A stretch of DNA of 64,000 bases from Schmidtea nova (taxonomy: Eukaryota): NCBI GenBank assembly GCA_044892505.1, contig CM097883.1, forward strand, positions 310,868,001-310,932,000, in the 5' to 3' direction. The notes under the pieces are model-generated. The model had not been told where the DNA came from and ran no database searches. It was given only the letters and a program-made list of their open reading frames with translations. The translations under genes were made by a program, and so were the position numbers. Shown here one piece after another: positions 1 to 12,826 of the stretch. Every line of letters begins with the position of its first letter. Within the stretch, counting starts at the first letter, position 1.

Positions 1-1
1 C

Positions 2-79
2 GCAAGTGATACGGACGAAAGTGACTTGGACGAAGTTGACACTGACGAAAGTGACACGGACGAAGAAAGTGAAAATTAG
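2..79 (+). CDS. 3' end of RING/acidic-tail gene, copy 0 (partial; allele state lies outside the window)
   Basis: Reads ASDTDESDLDEVDTDESDTDEESEN-TAG, identical to the tail of the other copies. Confidence 0.5.
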   Translation, partial: ASDTDESDLDEVDTDESDTDEESEN

Positions 80-849
80 TATCAAAATGTTATCATCAAT
101 ATAGAATAGGTTTGATAAATTAGGCTAATTGAAACTTCTTTCATGAAAAGATGATTCTTCCTTGAGTTTACTTTGCATTTATATTAGAATATTAAACGTT
201 TTCTGGGTATTGGTGATATTTGCGCTATTTATATTTGTATTTTGTTTTAATATTACTGCTCTTTATATATGAATAATACAAGAACTGCTGATTGTTTTGA
301 TATTTTAGACTAAAGGTTTATCAGGATATCGAAAGTGTGTTGGGAATCTATGAAATATCTGTTTTTTAATTATATTATTTTTATTATTATTAATATTACT
401 ATTATTGAAATTTTTATTATTTTTGATAATTTTAAACTTTTTTTATCATAAATACTAATTCTTTTAAAATCATTGAAGTAAAAAACAAAAAATACACTTA
501 ACGTCATTAGGATTTGTAATAATTATATATAGATATAACAATTTTCAATTAAATACATGGATGGTCGACTCGACTTTTACAATTATTTCAAATATTTTAT
601 TTTATGCTTGGCCTCCACAAACCAGTTATCCATTTCGTAAAAGTATTATTAGTTATGAGACTACAGCTGTTACCACCTTATAAATGTATTTTATCTGTAA
701 CATAAATGTAGTATATATGAAGTGGAATATGAAATCTTTTTTTCTCATGCATCCGTTTCATATGATTAATCGTATATCGTTAAAATTTCAAAATCTTTCT
801 TTTCTTTATCTTGCAAAGTACTTACGTAATTGTTTGATCCACGTTTCCG

Positions 850-851
<2 letters not shown>

Positions 852-905
<54 letters not shown>
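852..905. repeat. (AT)n microsatellite, one per unit, ending 316 bp upstream of each ATG; (AT)27 here, range 12-31
   Basis: Directly visible; accounts for nearly all unit-length variation. Confidence 0.98.
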
Positions 906-908
<3 letters not shown>

Positions 909-1177
909 ACGAAATGGAACATGGCTCCGTTTTCAATTCGTAAAATCGAATACAAGTGGAAGTTCTCATGGAATTTTTATCTTTTTGACAACAACACCGT
1001 CGTTTTTCAGTTTTTTCATCTTATACCTTGTAGTTGATAATTGAGTTTCACACTTTCAAAGATAACGTAAATCCATCTGCTTTTATTTAATTTTTAATTA
1101 CTTTTTATTGGTTTAAAGTGTTAAAGTAATCAGAATTCGACACTATTTATGTACGTTATTATATGAATTTTGACTAC

Positions 1178-1184
1178 TATAAAA
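1178..1184 (+). promoter_or_regulatory. Candidate TATA box (TATAAAA), present in every unit 43 bp upstream of the ATG
   Basis: Canonical motif at plausible spacing; ATG in AAAATG context. AT-rich background weakens the inference. Confidence 0.5.
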
Positions 1185-1220
1185 TAACGAGATAAAATTA
1201 AGAGTAAAGTGAAATTTAAA

Positions 1221-1547
1221 ATGTCAACTATACATTGTAGCATTTGTTTAGAAAATTGTTCGACTTCATTTGCAAAGTTATCTGAATGTCGTCATGAATT
1301 CTGTGAGAGTTGTATCAAAGGCTGGATGAAATATTCTTCTACGTGTCCATTAGATAGATCAGTAACTAAAACGTTAATTATATACAACAATCCTGTAGAA
1401 AGAACTATAAAAGATACTATTACTGTTAAACCTAAATCTTCAAACGACAACGACGACGACGATGACGATAATTATGAGTCACAATTCTTCGAATATGACT
1501 TGGCATATTATTTGACGGCTGATGATCATGAATTGGATGATGAATAA
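1221..1547 (+). CDS. RING-finger (C3HC3D) protein, truncated allele, 108 aa, copy 1
   Basis: Intact RING motif; TAA at codon 109; the frame downstream still encodes the acidic tail. ATG is 12 nt after the GTG used by the ORF track. Confidence 0.62.
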   Translation: MSTIHCSICLENCSTSFAKLSECRHEFCESCIKGWMKYSSTCPLDRSVTKTLIIYNNPVERTIKDTITVKPKSSNDNDDDDDDNYESQFFEYDLAYYLTADDHELDDE

Positions 1548-1817
1548 GGTAGCGATTTTGAGGTTGATTCAGATGAAGAAGAAGAAAGTGACACAGACGC
1601 AAGTTACACTGACGAAAGTGAAACAGACGCAAGTGATACGGACGAAAGTGACTTGGACGAAGTTGACACTGACGAAAGTGACACGGACGAAGAAAGTGAA
1701 AATTAGTATCAAAATGTTATCATCAATATAGAATAGGTTTGATAAATTAGGCTAATTGAAACTTCTTTCATGAAAAGATGATTCTTCCTTGAGTTTACTT
1801 TGCATTTATATTAGAAT

Positions 1818-1823
1818 ATTAAA
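1818..1823 (+). terminator. Candidate poly(A) signal ATTAAA, in every unit
   Basis: 112 bp after the full-length stop position and followed by a GT/T-rich tract. Confidence 0.35.
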
Positions 1824-2478
1824 CGTTTTCTGGGTATTGGTGATATTTGCGCTATTTATATTTGTATTTTGTTTTAATATTACTGCTCTTTATATATGAA
1901 TAATACAAGAACTGCTGATTGTTTTGATATTTTAGACTAAAGGTTTATCAGGATATCGAAAGTGTGTTGGGAATCTATGAAATATCTGTTTTTTAATTAT
2001 ATTATTTTTATTATTATTAATATTATTATTATTGAAATTTTTATTATTTTTGATAATTTTAAACTTTTTTTATCATAAATACTAATACTTTTAAAATCAT
2101 TGAAGTAAAAAACAAAAAATACACTTAACGTCATTAGGATTTGTAATAATTATATATAGATATAACAATTTTCAATTAAATACATGGATGGTCGACTCGA
2201 CTTTTACAATTATTTCAAATATTTTATTTTATGCTTGGCCTCCACAAACCAGTTATCCATTTCGTAAAAGTATTATTAGTTATGAGACTACAGCTGTTAC
2301 CACCTTATAAATGTATTTTATCTGTAACATAAATGTAGTATATATGAAGTGGAATATGAAATCTTTTTTTCTCATGCATCCGTTTCATATGATTAATCGT
2401 ATATCGTTAAAATTTCAAAATCTTTCTTTTCTTTATCTTGCAAAGTACTTACGTAATTGTTTGATCCACGTTTCCGTC

Positions 2479-2509
<31 letters not shown>

Positions 2510-2821
2510 ACGAAATGGAACATGGCTCCGTTTTCAATTCGTAAAATCGAATACAAGTGGAAGTTCTCATGGAATTTTTATCTTTTTGACAACAACACCG
2601 TCGTTTTTCAGTTTTTTCATCTTATACCTTGTAGTTGATAATTGAGTTTCACACTTTCAAAGATAACGTAAATCCATCTGCTTTTATTTAATTTTTAATT
2701 ACTTTTTATTGGTTTAAAGTGTTAAAGTAATCAGAATTCGACACTATTTATGTACGTTATTATATGAATTTTGACTACTATAAAATAACGAGATAAAATT
2801 AAGAGTAAAGTGAAATTTAAA

Positions 2822-3307
2822 ATGTCAACTATACATTGTAGCATTTGTTTAGAAAATTGTTCGACTTCATTTGCAAAGTTATCTGAATGTCGTCATGAAT
2901 TCTGTGAGAGTTGTATCAAAGGCTGGATGAAATATTCTTCTACGTGTCCATTAGATAGATCAGTAACTAAAACGTTAATTATATACAACAATCCTGTAGA
3001 AAGAACTATAAAAGATACTATTACTGTTAAACCTAAATCTTCAAACGACAACGACGACGACGATGACGATAATTATGAGTCACAATTCTTCGAATATGAC
3101 TTGGCATATTATTTGACGGCTGATGATCATGAATTGGATGATGAATCAGGTAGCGATTTTGAGGTTGATTCAGATGAAGAAGAAGAAAGTGACACAGGCG
3201 CAAGTTACACTGACGAAAGTGAAACAGACGCAAGTGATACGGACGAAAGTGACTTGGACGAAGTTGACACTGACGAAAGTGACACGGACGAAGAAAGTGA
3301 AAATTAG
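2822..3307 (+). CDS. RING-finger (C3HC3D) putative E3 ubiquitin ligase with acidic tail, full-length 161 aa, copy 2
   Basis: CSIC-x13-CRHEFCESC-x10-CPLD motif; conserved RING Trp (KGW); D/E/S/T-rich C-terminus; TCA at codon 109. Confidence 0.87.
   Translation: MSTIHCSICLENCSTSFAKLSECRHEFCESCIKGWMKYSSTCPLDRSVTKTLIIYNNPVERTIKDTITVKPKSSNDNDDDDDDNYESQFFEYDLAYYLTADDHELDDESGSDFEVDSDEEEESDTGASYTDESETDASDTDESDLDEVDTDESDTDEESEN
3185..3304 (+). repeat. Coding 15-bp (5-aa) degenerate repeat x8 forming the acidic tail; present in every unit
   Basis: ESDTG ASYTD ESETD ASDTD ESDLD EVDTD ESDTD EESEN. Confidence 0.85.
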
Positions 3308-4077
3308 TATCAAAATGTTATCATCAATATAGAATAGGTTTGATAAATTAGGCTAATTGAAACTTCTTTCATGAAAAGATGATTCTTCCTTGAGTTTACT
3401 TTGCATTTATATTAGAATATTAAACGTTTTCTGGGTATTGGTGATATTTGCGCTATTTATATTTTTATTTTGTTTTAATATTACTGCTCTTTATATATGA
3501 ATAATACAAGAACTGCTGATTGTTTTGATATTTTAGACTAAAGGTTTATCAGGATATCGAAAGTGTGTTGGGAATCTATGAAATATCTGTTTTTTAATTA
3601 TATTATTTTTATTATTATTAATATTATTATTATTGAAATTTTTATTATTTTTGATAATTTTAAACTTTTTTTATCATAAATACTAATACTTTTAAAATCA
3701 TTGAAGTAAAAAACAAAAAATACACTTAACGTCATTAGGATTTGTAATAATTATATATAGATATAACAATTTTCAATTAAATACATGGATGGTCGACTCG
3801 ACTTTTACAATTATTTCAAATATTTTATTTTATGCTTGGCCTCCACAAACCAGTTATCCATTTCGTAAAAGTATTATTAGTTATGAGACTACAGCTGTTA
3901 CCACCTTATAAATGTATTTTATCTGTAACATAAATGTAGTATATATGAAGTGGAATATGAAATCTTTTTTTCTCATGCATCCGTTTCATATGATTAATCG
4001 TATATCGTTAAAATTTCAAAATCTTTCTTTTCTTTATCTTGCAAAGTACTTACGTAATTGTTTGATCCACGTTTCCG

Positions 4078-4128
<51 letters not shown>

Positions 4129-4440
4129 ACGAAATGGAACATGGCTCCGTTTTCAATTCGTAAAATCGAATACAAGTGGAAGTTCTCATGGAATTTTTAT
4201 CTTTTTGACAACAACACCGTCGTTTTTCAGTTTTTTCATCTTATACCTTGTAGTGGATAATTGAGTTTCACACTTTCAAAGATAACGTAAATCCATCTGC
4301 TTTTATTTAATTTTTAATTACTTTTTATTGGTTTAAAGTGTTAAAGTAATCAGAATTCGACACTATTTATGTACGTTATTATATGAATTTTGACTACTAT
4401 AAAATAACGAGATAAAATTAAGAGTAAAGTGAAATTTAAA

Positions 4441-4767
4441 ATGTCAACTATACATTGTAGCATTTGTTTAGAAAATTGTTCGACTTCATTTGCAAAGTTA
4501 TCTGAATGTCGTCATGAATTCTGTGAGAGTTGTATCAAAGGCTGGATGAAATATTCTTCTACGTGTCCATTAGATAGATCAGTAACTAAAACGTTAATTA
4601 TATACAACAATCCTGTAGAAAGAACTATAAAAGATACTATTACTGTTAAACCTAAATCTTCAAACGACAACGACGACGACGATGACGATAATTATGAGTC
4701 ACAATTCTTCGAATATGACTTGGCATATTATTTGACGGCTGATGATCATGAATTGGATGATGAATAA
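4441..4767 (+). CDS. RING protein, truncated allele, copy 3
   Basis: Same ORF, TAA at codon 109. Confidence 0.62.
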   Translation: MSTIHCSICLENCSTSFAKLSECRHEFCESCIKGWMKYSSTCPLDRSVTKTLIIYNNPVERTIKDTITVKPKSSNDNDDDDDDNYESQFFEYDLAYYLTADDHELDDE

Positions 4768-5696
4768 GGTAGCGATTTTGAGGTTGATTCAGATGAAGAA
4801 GAAGAAAGTGACACAGACGCAAGTTACACTGACGAAAGTGAAACAGACGCAAGTGATACGGACGAAAGTGACTTGGACGAAGTTGACACTGACGAAAGTG
4901 ACACGGACGAAGAAAGTGAAAATTAGTATCAAAATGTTATCATCAATATAGAATAGGTTTGATAAATTAGGCTAATTGAAACTTCTTTCATGAAAAGATG
5001 ATTCTTCCTTGAGTTTACTTTGCATTTATATTAGAATATTAAACGTTTTCTGGGTATTGGTGATATTTGCGCTATTTATATTTGTATTTTGTTTTAATAT
5101 TACTGCTCTTTATATATGAATAATACAAGAACTGCTGATTGTTTTGATATTTTAGACTAAAGGTTTATCAGGATATCGAAAGTGTGTTGGGAATCTATGA
5201 AATATCTGTTTTTTAATTATATTATTTTTATTATTATTAATATTACTATTATTGAAATTTTTATTATTTTTGATAATTTTAAACTTTTTTTATCATAAAT
5301 ACTAATTCTTTTAAAATCATTGAAGTAAAAAACAAAAAATACACTTAACGTCATTAGGATTTGTAATAATTATATATAGATATAACAATTTTCAATTAAA
5401 TACATGGATGGTCGACTCGACTTTTACAATTATTTCAAATATTTTATTTTATGCTTGGCCTCCACAAACCAGTTATCCATTTCGTAAAAGTATTATTAGT
5501 TATGAGACTACAGCTGTTACCACCTTATAAATGTATTTTATCTGTAACATAAATGTAGTATATATGAAGTGGAATATGAAATCTTTTTTTCTCATGCATC
5601 CGTTTCATATGATTAATCGTATATCGTTAAAATTTCAAAATCTTTCTTTTCTTTATCTTGCAAAGTACTTACGTAATTGTTTGATCCACGTTTCCG

Positions 5697-5755
<59 letters not shown>

Positions 5756-6067
5756 ACGAAATGGAACATGGCTCCGTTTTCAATTCGTAAAATCGAATAC
5801 AAGTGGAAGTTCTCATGGAATTTTTATCTTTTTGACAACAACACCGTCGTTTTTCAGTTTTTTCATCTTATACCTTGTAGTTGATAATTGAGTTTCACAC
5901 TTTCAAAGATAACGTAAATCCATCTGCTTTTATTTAATTTTTAATTACTTTTTATTGGTTTAAAGTGTTAAAGTAATCAGAATTCGACACTATTTATGTA
6001 CGTTATTATATGAATTTTGACTACTATAAAATAACGAGATAAAATTAAGAGTAAAGTGAAATTTAAA

Positions 6068-6394
6068 ATGTCAACTATACATTGTAGCATTTGTTTAGAA
6101 AATTGTTCGACTTCATTTGCAAAGTTATCTGAATGTCGTCATGAATTCTGTGAGAGTTGTATCAAAGGCTGGATGAAATATTCTTCTACGTGTCCATTAG
6201 ATAGATCAGTAACTAAAACGTTAATTATATACAACAATCCTGTAGAAAGAACTATAAAAGATACTATTACTGTTAAACCTAAATCTTCAAACGACAACGA
6301 CGACGACGATGACGATAATTATGAGTCACAATTCTTCGAATATGACTTGGCATATTATTTGACGGCTGATGATCATGAATTGGATGATGAATAA
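6068..6394 (+). CDS. RING protein, truncated allele, copy 4
   Basis: Same ORF, TAA at codon 109. Confidence 0.62.
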   Translation: MSTIHCSICLENCSTSFAKLSECRHEFCESCIKGWMKYSSTCPLDRSVTKTLIIYNNPVERTIKDTITVKPKSSNDNDDDDDDNYESQFFEYDLAYYLTADDHELDDE

Positions 6395-7325
6395 GGTAGC
6401 GATTTTGAGGTTGATTCAGATGAAGAAGAAGAAAGTGACACAGACGCAAGTTACACTGACGAAAGTGAAACAGACGCAAGTGATACGGACGAAAGTGACT
6501 TGGACGAAGTTGACACTGACGAAAGTGACACGGACGAAGAAAGTGAAAATTAGTATCAAAATGTTATCATCAATATAGAATAGGTTTGATAAATTAGGCT
6601 AATTGAAACTTCTTTCATGAAAAGATGATTCTTCCTTGAGTTTACTTTGCATTTATATTAGAATATTAAACGTTTTCTGGGTATTGGTGATATTTGCGCT
6701 ATTTATATTTGTATTTTGTTTTAATATTACTGCTCTTTATATATGAATAATACAAGAACTGCTGATTGTTTTGATATTTTAGACTAAAGGTTTATCAGGA
6801 TATCGAAAGTGTGTTGGGAATCTATGAAATATCTGTTTTTTAATTATATTATTTTTATTATTATTAATATTATTATTATTGAAATTTTTATTATTTTTGA
6901 TAATTTTAAACTTTTTTTATCATAAATACTAATACTTTTAAAATCATTGAAGTAAAAAACAAAAAATACACTTAACGTCATTAGGATTTGTAATAATTAT
7001 ATATAGATATAACAATTTTCAATTAAATACATGGATGGTCGACTCGACTTTTACAATTATTTCAAATATTTTATTTTATGCTTGGCCTCCACAAACCAGT
7101 TATCCATTTCGTAAAAGTATTATTAGTTATGAGACTACAGCTGTTACCACCTTATAAATGTATTTTATCTGTAACATAAATGTAGTATATATGAAGTGGA
7201 ATATGAAATCTTTTTTTCTCATGCATCCGTTTCATATGATTAATCGTATATCGTTAAAATTTCAAAATCTTTCTTTTCTTTATCTTGCAAAGTACTTACG
7301 TAATTGTTTGATCCACGTTTCCGTC

Positions 7326-7356
<31 letters not shown>

Positions 7357-7668
7357 ACGAAATGGAACATGGCTCCGTTTTCAATTCGTAAAATCGAATA
7401 CAAGTGGAAGTTCTCATGGAATTTTTATCTTTTTGACAACAACACCGTCGTTTTTCAGTTTTTTCATCTTATACCTTGTAGTTGATAATTGAGTTTCACA
7501 CTTTCAAAGATAACGTAAATCCATCTGCTTTTATTTAATTTTTAATTACTTTTTATTGGTTTAAAGTGTTAAAGTAATCAGAATTCGACACTATTTATGT
7601 ACGTTATTATATGAATTTTGACTACTATAAAATAACGAGATAAAATTAAGAGTAAAGTGAAATTTAAA

Positions 7669-7995
7669 ATGTCAACTATACATTGTAGCATTTGTTTAGA
7701 AAATTGTTCGACTTCATTTGCAAAGTTATCTGAATGTCGTCATGAATTCTGTGAGAGTTGTATCAAAGGCTGGATGAAATATTCTTCTACGTGTCCATTA
7801 GATAGATCAGTAACTAAAACGTTAATTATATACAACAATCCTGTAGAAAGAACTATAAAAGATACTATTACTGTTAAACCTAAATCTTCAAACGACAACG
7901 ACGACGACGATGACGATAATTATGAGTCACAATTCTTCGAATATGACTTGGCATATTATTTGACGGCTGATGATCATGAATTGGATGATGAATAA
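7669..7995 (+). CDS. RING protein, truncated allele, copy 5
   Basis: Same ORF, TAA at codon 109. Confidence 0.62.
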   Translation: MSTIHCSICLENCSTSFAKLSECRHEFCESCIKGWMKYSSTCPLDRSVTKTLIIYNNPVERTIKDTITVKPKSSNDNDDDDDDNYESQFFEYDLAYYLTADDHELDDE

Positions 7996-9267
7996 GGTAG
8001 CGATTTTGAGGTTGATTCAGATGAAGAAGAAGAAAGTGACACAGACGCAAGTTACACTGACGAAAGTGAAACAGACGCAAGTGATACGGACGAAAGTGAC
8101 TTGGACGAAGTTGACACTGACGAAAGTGACACGGACGAAGAAAGTGAAAATTAGTATCAAAATGTTATCATCAATATAGAATAGGTTTGATAAATTAGGC
8201 TAATTGAAACTTCTTTCATGAAAAGATGATTCTTCCTTGAGTTTACTTTGCATTTATATTAGAATATTAAACGTTTTCTGGGTATTGGTGATATTTGCGC
8301 TATTTATATTTGTATTTTGTTTTAATATTACTGCTCTTTATATATGAATAATACAAGAACTGCTGATTGTTTTGATATTTTAGACTAAAGGTTTATCAGG
8401 ATATCGAAAGTGTGTTGGGAATCTATGAAATATCTGTTTTTTAATTATATTATTTTTATTATTATTAATATTATTATTATTGAAATTTTTATTATTTTTG
8501 ATAATTTTAAACTTTTTTTATCATAAATACTAATACTTTTAAAATCATTGAAGTAAAAAACAAAAAATACACTTAACGTCATTAGGATTTGTAATAATTA
8601 TATATAGATATAACAATTTTCAATTAAATACATGGATGGTCGACTCGACTTTTACAATTATTTCAAATATTTTATTTTATGCTTGGCCTCCACAAACCAG
8701 TTATCCATTTCGTAAAAGTATTATTAGTTATGAGACTACAGCTGTTACCACCTTATAAATGTATTTTATCTGTAACATAAATGTAGTATATATGAAGTGG
8801 AATATGAAATCTTTTTTTCTCATGCATCCGTTTCATATGATTAATCGTATATCGTTAAAATTTCAAAATCTTTCTTTTCTTTATCTTGCAAAGTACTTAC
8901 GTAATTGTTTGATCCACGTTTCCGTCATATATATATATATATATATATATATTTAACGAAATGGAACATGGCTCCGTTTTCAATTCGTAAAATCGAATAC
9001 AAGTGGAAGTTCTCATGGAATTTTTATCTTTTTGACAACAACACCGTCGTTTTTCAGTTTTTTCATCTTATACCTTGTAGTTGATAATTGAGTTTCACAC
9101 TTTCAAAGATAACGTAAATCCATCTGCTTTTATTTAATTTTTAATTACTTTTTATTGGTTTAAAGTGTTAAAGTAATCAGAATTCGACACTATTTATGTA
9201 CGTTATTATATGAATTTTGACTACTATAAAATAACGAGATAAAATTAAGAGTAAAGTGAAATTTAAA

Positions 9268-9753
9268 ATGTCAACTATACATTGTAGCATTTGTTTAGAA
9301 AATTGTTCGACTTCATTTGCAAAGTTATCTGAATGTCGTCATGAATTCTGTGAGAGTTGTATCAAAGGCTGGATGAAATATTCTTCTACGTGTCCATTAG
9401 ATAGATCAGTAACTAAAACGTTAATTATATACAACAATCCTGTAGAAAGAACTATAAAAGATACTATTACTGTTAAACCTAAATCTTCAAACGACAACGA
9501 CGACGACGATGACGATAATTATGAGTCACAATTCTTCGAATATGACTTGGCATATTATTTGACGGCTGATGATCATGAATTGGATGATGAATCAGGTAGC
9601 GATTTTGAGGTTGATTCAGATGAAGAAGAAGAAAGTGACACAGGCGCAAGTTACACTGACGAAAGTGAAACAGACGCAAGTGATACGGACGAAAGTGACT
9701 TGGACGAAGTTGACACTGACGAAAGTGACACGGACGAAGAAAGTGAAAATTAG
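9268..9753 (+). CDS. RING protein, full-length, copy 6
   Basis: Same ORF, TCA at codon 109. Confidence 0.87.
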   Translation: MSTIHCSICLENCSTSFAKLSECRHEFCESCIKGWMKYSSTCPLDRSVTKTLIIYNNPVERTIKDTITVKPKSSNDNDDDDDDNYESQFFEYDLAYYLTADDHELDDESGSDFEVDSDEEEESDTGASYTDESETDASDTDESDLDEVDTDESDTDEESEN

Positions 9754-10523
9754 TATCAAAATGTTATCATCAATATAGAATAGGTTTGATAAATTAGGCT
9801 AATTGAAACTTCTTTCATGAAAAGATGATTCTTCCTTGAGTTTACTTTGCATTTATATTAGAATATTAAACGTTTTCTGGGTATTGGTGATATTTGCGCT
9901 ATTTATATTTTTATTTTGTTTTAATATTACTGCTCTTTATATATGAATAATACAAGAACTGCTGATTGTTTTGATATTTTAGACTAAAGGTTTATCAGGA
10001 TATCGAAAGTGTGTTGGGAATCTATGAAATATCTGTTTTTTAATTATATTATTTTTATTATTATTAATATTATTATTATTGAAATTTTTATTATTTTTGA
10101 TAATTTTAAACTTTTTTTATCATAAATACTAATACTTTTAAAATCATTGAAGTAAAAAACAAAAAATACACTTAACGTCATTAGGATTTGTAATAATTAT
10201 ATATAGATATAACAATTTTCAATTAAATACATGGATGGTCGACTCGACTTTTACAATTATTTCAAATATTTTATTTTATGCTTGGCCTCCACAAACCAGT
10301 TATCCATTTCGTAAAAGTATTATTAGTTATGAGACTACAGCTGTTACCACCTTATAAATGTATTTTATCTGTAACATAAATGTAGTATATATGAAGTGGA
10401 ATATGAAATCTTTTTTTCTCATGCATCCGTTTCATATGATTAATCGTATATCGTTAAAATTTCAAAATCTTTCTTTTCTTTATCTTGCAAAGTACTTACG
10501 TAATTGTTTGATCCACGTTTCCG

Positions 10524-10572
<49 letters not shown>

Positions 10573-10884
10573 ACGAAATGGAACATGGCTCCGTTTTCAA
10601 TTCGTAAAATCGAATACAAGTGGAAGTTCTCATGGAATTTTTATCTTTTTGACAACAACACCGTCGTTTTTCAGTTTTTTCATCTTATACCTTGTAGTGG
10701 ATAATTGAGTTTCACACTTTCAAAGATAACGTAAATCCATCTGCTTTTATTTAATTTTTAATTACTTTTTATTGGTTTAAAGTGTTAAAGTAATCAGAAT
10801 TCGACACTATTTATGTACGTTATTATATGAATTTTGACTACTATAAAATAACGAGATAAAATTAAGAGTAAAGTGAAATTTAAA

Positions 10885-11211
10885 ATGTCAACTATACATT
10901 GTAGCATTTGTTTAGAAAATTGTTCGACTTCATTTGCAAAGTTATCTGAATGTCGTCATGAATTCTGTGAGAGTTGTATCAAAGGCTGGATGAAATATTC
11001 TTCTACGTGTCCATTAGATAGATCAGTAACTAAAACGTTAATTATATACAACAATCCTGTAGAAAGAACTATAAAAGATACTATTACTGTTAAACCTAAA
11101 TCTTCAAACGACAACGACGACGACGATGACGATAATTATGAGTCACAATTCTTCGAATATGACTTGGCATATTATTTGACGGCTGATGATCATGAATTGG
11201 ATGATGAATAA
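10885..11211 (+). CDS. RING protein, truncated allele, copy 7
   Basis: Same ORF, TAA at codon 109. Confidence 0.62.
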   Translation: MSTIHCSICLENCSTSFAKLSECRHEFCESCIKGWMKYSSTCPLDRSVTKTLIIYNNPVERTIKDTITVKPKSSNDNDDDDDDNYESQFFEYDLAYYLTADDHELDDE

Positions 11212-12140
11212 GGTAGCGATTTTGAGGTTGATTCAGATGAAGAAGAAGAAAGTGACACAGACGCAAGTTACACTGACGAAAGTGAAACAGACGCAAGTGA
11301 TACGGACGAAAGTGACTTGGACGAAGTTGACACTGACGAAAGTGACACGGACGAAGAAAGTGAAAATTAGTATCAAAATGTTATCATCAATATAGAATAG
11401 GTTTGATAAATTAGGCTAATTGAAACTTCTTTCATGAAAAGATGATTCTTCCTTGAGTTTACTTTGCATTTATATTAGAATATTAAACGTTTTCTGGGTA
11501 TTGGTGATATTTGCGCTATTTATATTTGTATTTTGTTTTAATATTACTGCTCTTTATATATGAATAATACAAGAACTGCTGATTGTTTTGATATTTTAGA
11601 CTAAAGGTTTATCAGGATATCGAAAGTGTGTTGGGAATCTATGAAATATCTGTTTTTTAATTATATTATTTTTATTATTATTAATATTACTATTATTGAA
11701 ATTTTTATTATTTTTGATAATTTTAAACTTTTTTTATCATAAATACTAATTCTTTTAAAATCATTGAAGTAAAAAACAAAAAATACACTTAACGTCATTA
11801 GGATTTGTAATAATTATATATAGATATAACAATTTTCAATTAAATACATGGATGGTCGACTCGACTTTTACAATTATTTCAAATATTTTATTTTATGCTT
11901 GGCCTCCACAAACCAGTTATCCATTTCGTAAAAGTATTATTAGTTATGAGACTACAGCTGTTACCACCTTATAAATGTATTTTATCTGTAACATAAATGT
12001 AGTATATATGAAGTGGAATATGAAATCTTTTTTTCTCATGCATCCGTTTCATATGATTAATCGTATATCGTTAAAATTTCAAAATCTTTCTTTTCTTTAT
12101 CTTGCAAAGTACTTACGTAATTGTTTGATCCACGTTTCCG

Positions 12141-12187
<47 letters not shown>

Positions 12188-12499
12188 ACGAAATGGAACA
12201 TGGCTCCGTTTTCAATTCGTAAAATCGAATACAAGTGGAAGTTCTCATGGAATTTTTATCTTTTTGACAACAACACCGTCGTTTTTCAGTTTTTTCATCT
12301 TATACCTTGTAGTGGATAATTGAGTTTCACACTTTCAAAGATAACGTAAATCCATCTGCTTTTATTTAATTTTTAATTACTTTTTATTGGTTTAAAGTGT
12401 TAAAGTAATCAGAATTCGACACTATTTATGTACGTTATTATATGAATTTTGACTACTATAAAATAACGAGATAAAATTAAGAGTAAAGTGAAATTTAAA

Positions 12500-12826
12500 A
12501 TGTCAACTATACATTGTAGCATTTGTTTAGAAAATTGTTCGACTTCATTTGCAAAGTTATCTGAATGTCGTCATGAATTCTGTGAGAGTTGTATCAAAGG
12601 CTGGATGAAATATTCTTCTACGTGTCCATTAGATAGATCAGTAACTAAAACGTTAATTATATACAACAATCCTGTAGAAAGAACTATAAAAGATACTATT
12701 ACTGTTAAACCTAAATCTTCAAACGACAACGACGACGACGATGACGATAATTATGAGTCACAATTCTTCGAATATGACTTGGCATATTATTTGACGGCTG
12801 ATGATCATGAATTGGATGATGAATAA
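12500..12826 (+). CDS. RING protein, truncated allele, copy 8
   Basis: Same ORF, TAA at codon 109. Confidence 0.62.
   Translation: MSTIHCSICLENCSTSFAKLSECRHEFCESCIKGWMKYSSTCPLDRSVTKTLIIYNNPVERTIKDTITVKPKSSNDNDDDDDDNYESQFFEYDLAYYLTADDHELDDE

Noticed and set aside
684-1037. Recurrent + strand ORF MYFICN...(IY)n in every spacer
   Set aside because: Runs through the (AT)n tract, so frame and length change from copy to copy (65-117 aa); no domain; typical microsatellite artefact
1198-1202. Baculovirus-type late promoter motif TTAAG before the RING ATG
   Set aside because: 5-mer expected often in AT-rich DNA; no other baculoviral evidence
1209-1220. GTG start used by the ORF track (MKFK extension)
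   Set aside because: Eukaryotic-type context; the in-frame ATG 12 nt downstream has AAAATG context and suitable TATA spacing
1545-1553. Stop-codon readthrough or a splice donor (AG|GTAGCG) rescuing truncated copies
   Set aside because: TAA-G is a poor readthrough context, the donor match is weak and identical in both alleles, and splicing there would not remove the stop
1432-1632. 66-aa minus-strand ORF (MRLFHF...) in every unit
   Set aside because: Antisense shadow of the GAY/GAR-rich acidic coding region
1522-1731. 69-aa alternative-frame ORF (MIMNWM...) in every unit
   Set aside because: Off-frame reading of the 15-bp repeat. It stays open in both alleles, but no separate promoter or motif supports it.
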